Notes under the pieces: generated by a model
What the model saw: the letters and a program-made list of their open reading frames with translations, nothing else
What the model was told of the DNA's origin: nothing
Databases searched by the model: none
From: Anaerolineae bacterium
Lineage (GTDB): Bacteria; Chloroflexota; Anaerolineae; Epilineales; Epilineaceae
Assembly: GCA_038913135.1 (NCBI GenBank)
Contig: JBCLES010000001.1
Span: forward strand, 31,823-95,822
Reading direction: 5' to 3'
DNA: 64,000 bases
Part shown: positions 63,516 through 64,000 of the stretch, piece after piece
Layout of the letters: every line of letters starts with the position of its first letter
Numbering within the stretch: position 1 is the first letter of the stretch
Position numbers and translations under genes: made by a program

Positions 63516-64000
63516 CTACGGCAGCGGCTCAGTCGTGGTCGAAGCGTCGGAGTCGGCATCCGCGCCGTGCGCGGCGTCGATATCCATCGTCTCGAGCAAC
63601 GAAGCCGAGGCTGGGTGGATGAAATCGAGGATTGGTCGCGGATACAGACCGAAAAGTAACATGAATGCGACGAGCGGGATCAGCATACCCATCTCGTTGC
63701 GCTTCAAGTCCGGCGTGTCGAGCCACGTCTCGTTCTGCGGCCCCAAGAGAAGCATCTGGATGATCTTCCACAAGATGAAAGCGGCCGTGAACAGGATGCC
63801 GAGCACGGAAAGCGCGGTCAGGATAAGGAGTTCCGGATTGCCGGCAATCGAGACCCCGAACGCCCCCTTGAAGACGAGGAATTCCGAAACGAAGCCGGCC
63901 AGACCTGGCAGGCCGAGGCTCGCGAACGCCGCGACGATGAGGAACGTGCCGTACCTAGGCACGGTCCTCCAAAGTCCGGTCCCGAGCTTTCTAAAATCAC
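63516..64000 (-). CDS. nuoM: NADH-quinone oxidoreductase subunit M, 3' part (5' end lies outside the window)
   Basis: The frame is open to base 64000. The C-terminal sequence AAFASLGLPGLAGFVSEFLVF is typical of NuoM. Confidence 0.85.
   Translation of the reverse strand, partial: DFRKLGTGLWRTVPRYGTFLIVAAFASLGLPGLAGFVSEFLVFKGAFGVSIAGNPELLILTALSVLGILFTAAFILWKIIQMLLLGPQNETWLDTPDLKRNEMGMLIPLVAFMLLFGLYPRPILDFIHPASASLLETMDIDAAHGADADSDASTTTEPLP

Noticed and set aside
1-64000. tRNA, rRNA or riboswitch genes in the intergenic regions
   Set aside because: Every gap longer than 80 bp was read on both strands. I recognised no cloverleaf-compatible sequence, rRNA signature or known riboswitch core (B12 box, TPP, SAM, c-di-NMP). 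This is a by-eye check only.

Overview
High-GC (roughly 63-65% by eye) bacterial chromosomal window. Gene content and the Pro/Thr-linker style suggest a monoderm Terrabacteria lineage, either Chloroflexota/Thermomicrobia-like or deep Actinomycetota; this is inference only. I call about 54 protein-coding genes. I saw no rRNA, tRNA, CRISPR array, transposase or integrase. Most of the window is housekeeping: msrPQ, ino1, mutL, yqeY-pgpH-ybeY, rho, glpX, rlmN-rpe-recG-coaD, yceD-rpmF-fabD-fabG, nusB, yggS/yggT, comF-hpf, folC, mfd and nuoN/M. Four accessory blocks interrupt it. (i) 2.5-11.8 kb holds four secreted multi-domain VWA proteins. Three share a shuffled N-terminal VWA+Ig module, and two are tandem paralogs ending in a 77-aa four-Cys domain I cannot name. 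(ii) 15.8-24.7 kb is a six-gene translationally coupled MoxR/DUF58/BatA-like/VWA operon that includes a catalytically dead peptidase-MA-like protein. A second MoxR-DUF58 pair lies at 32-34 kb. (iii) 48.3-51.8 kb is a lipoprotein plus two GT2 glycosyltransferases. (iv) 53.3-57.1 kb holds an ECF sigma, an anti-sigma candidate, a secreted tail-fibre-like protein and a start-less, truncated gene remnant. The window contains at least 8 VWA domains and 2 MoxR ATPases, which is its most unusual property. Several sigma70-type and extended -10 promoters are readable, two of them placed so the mRNA would be leaderless. All domain calls come from motif recognition by eye and no searches were run.
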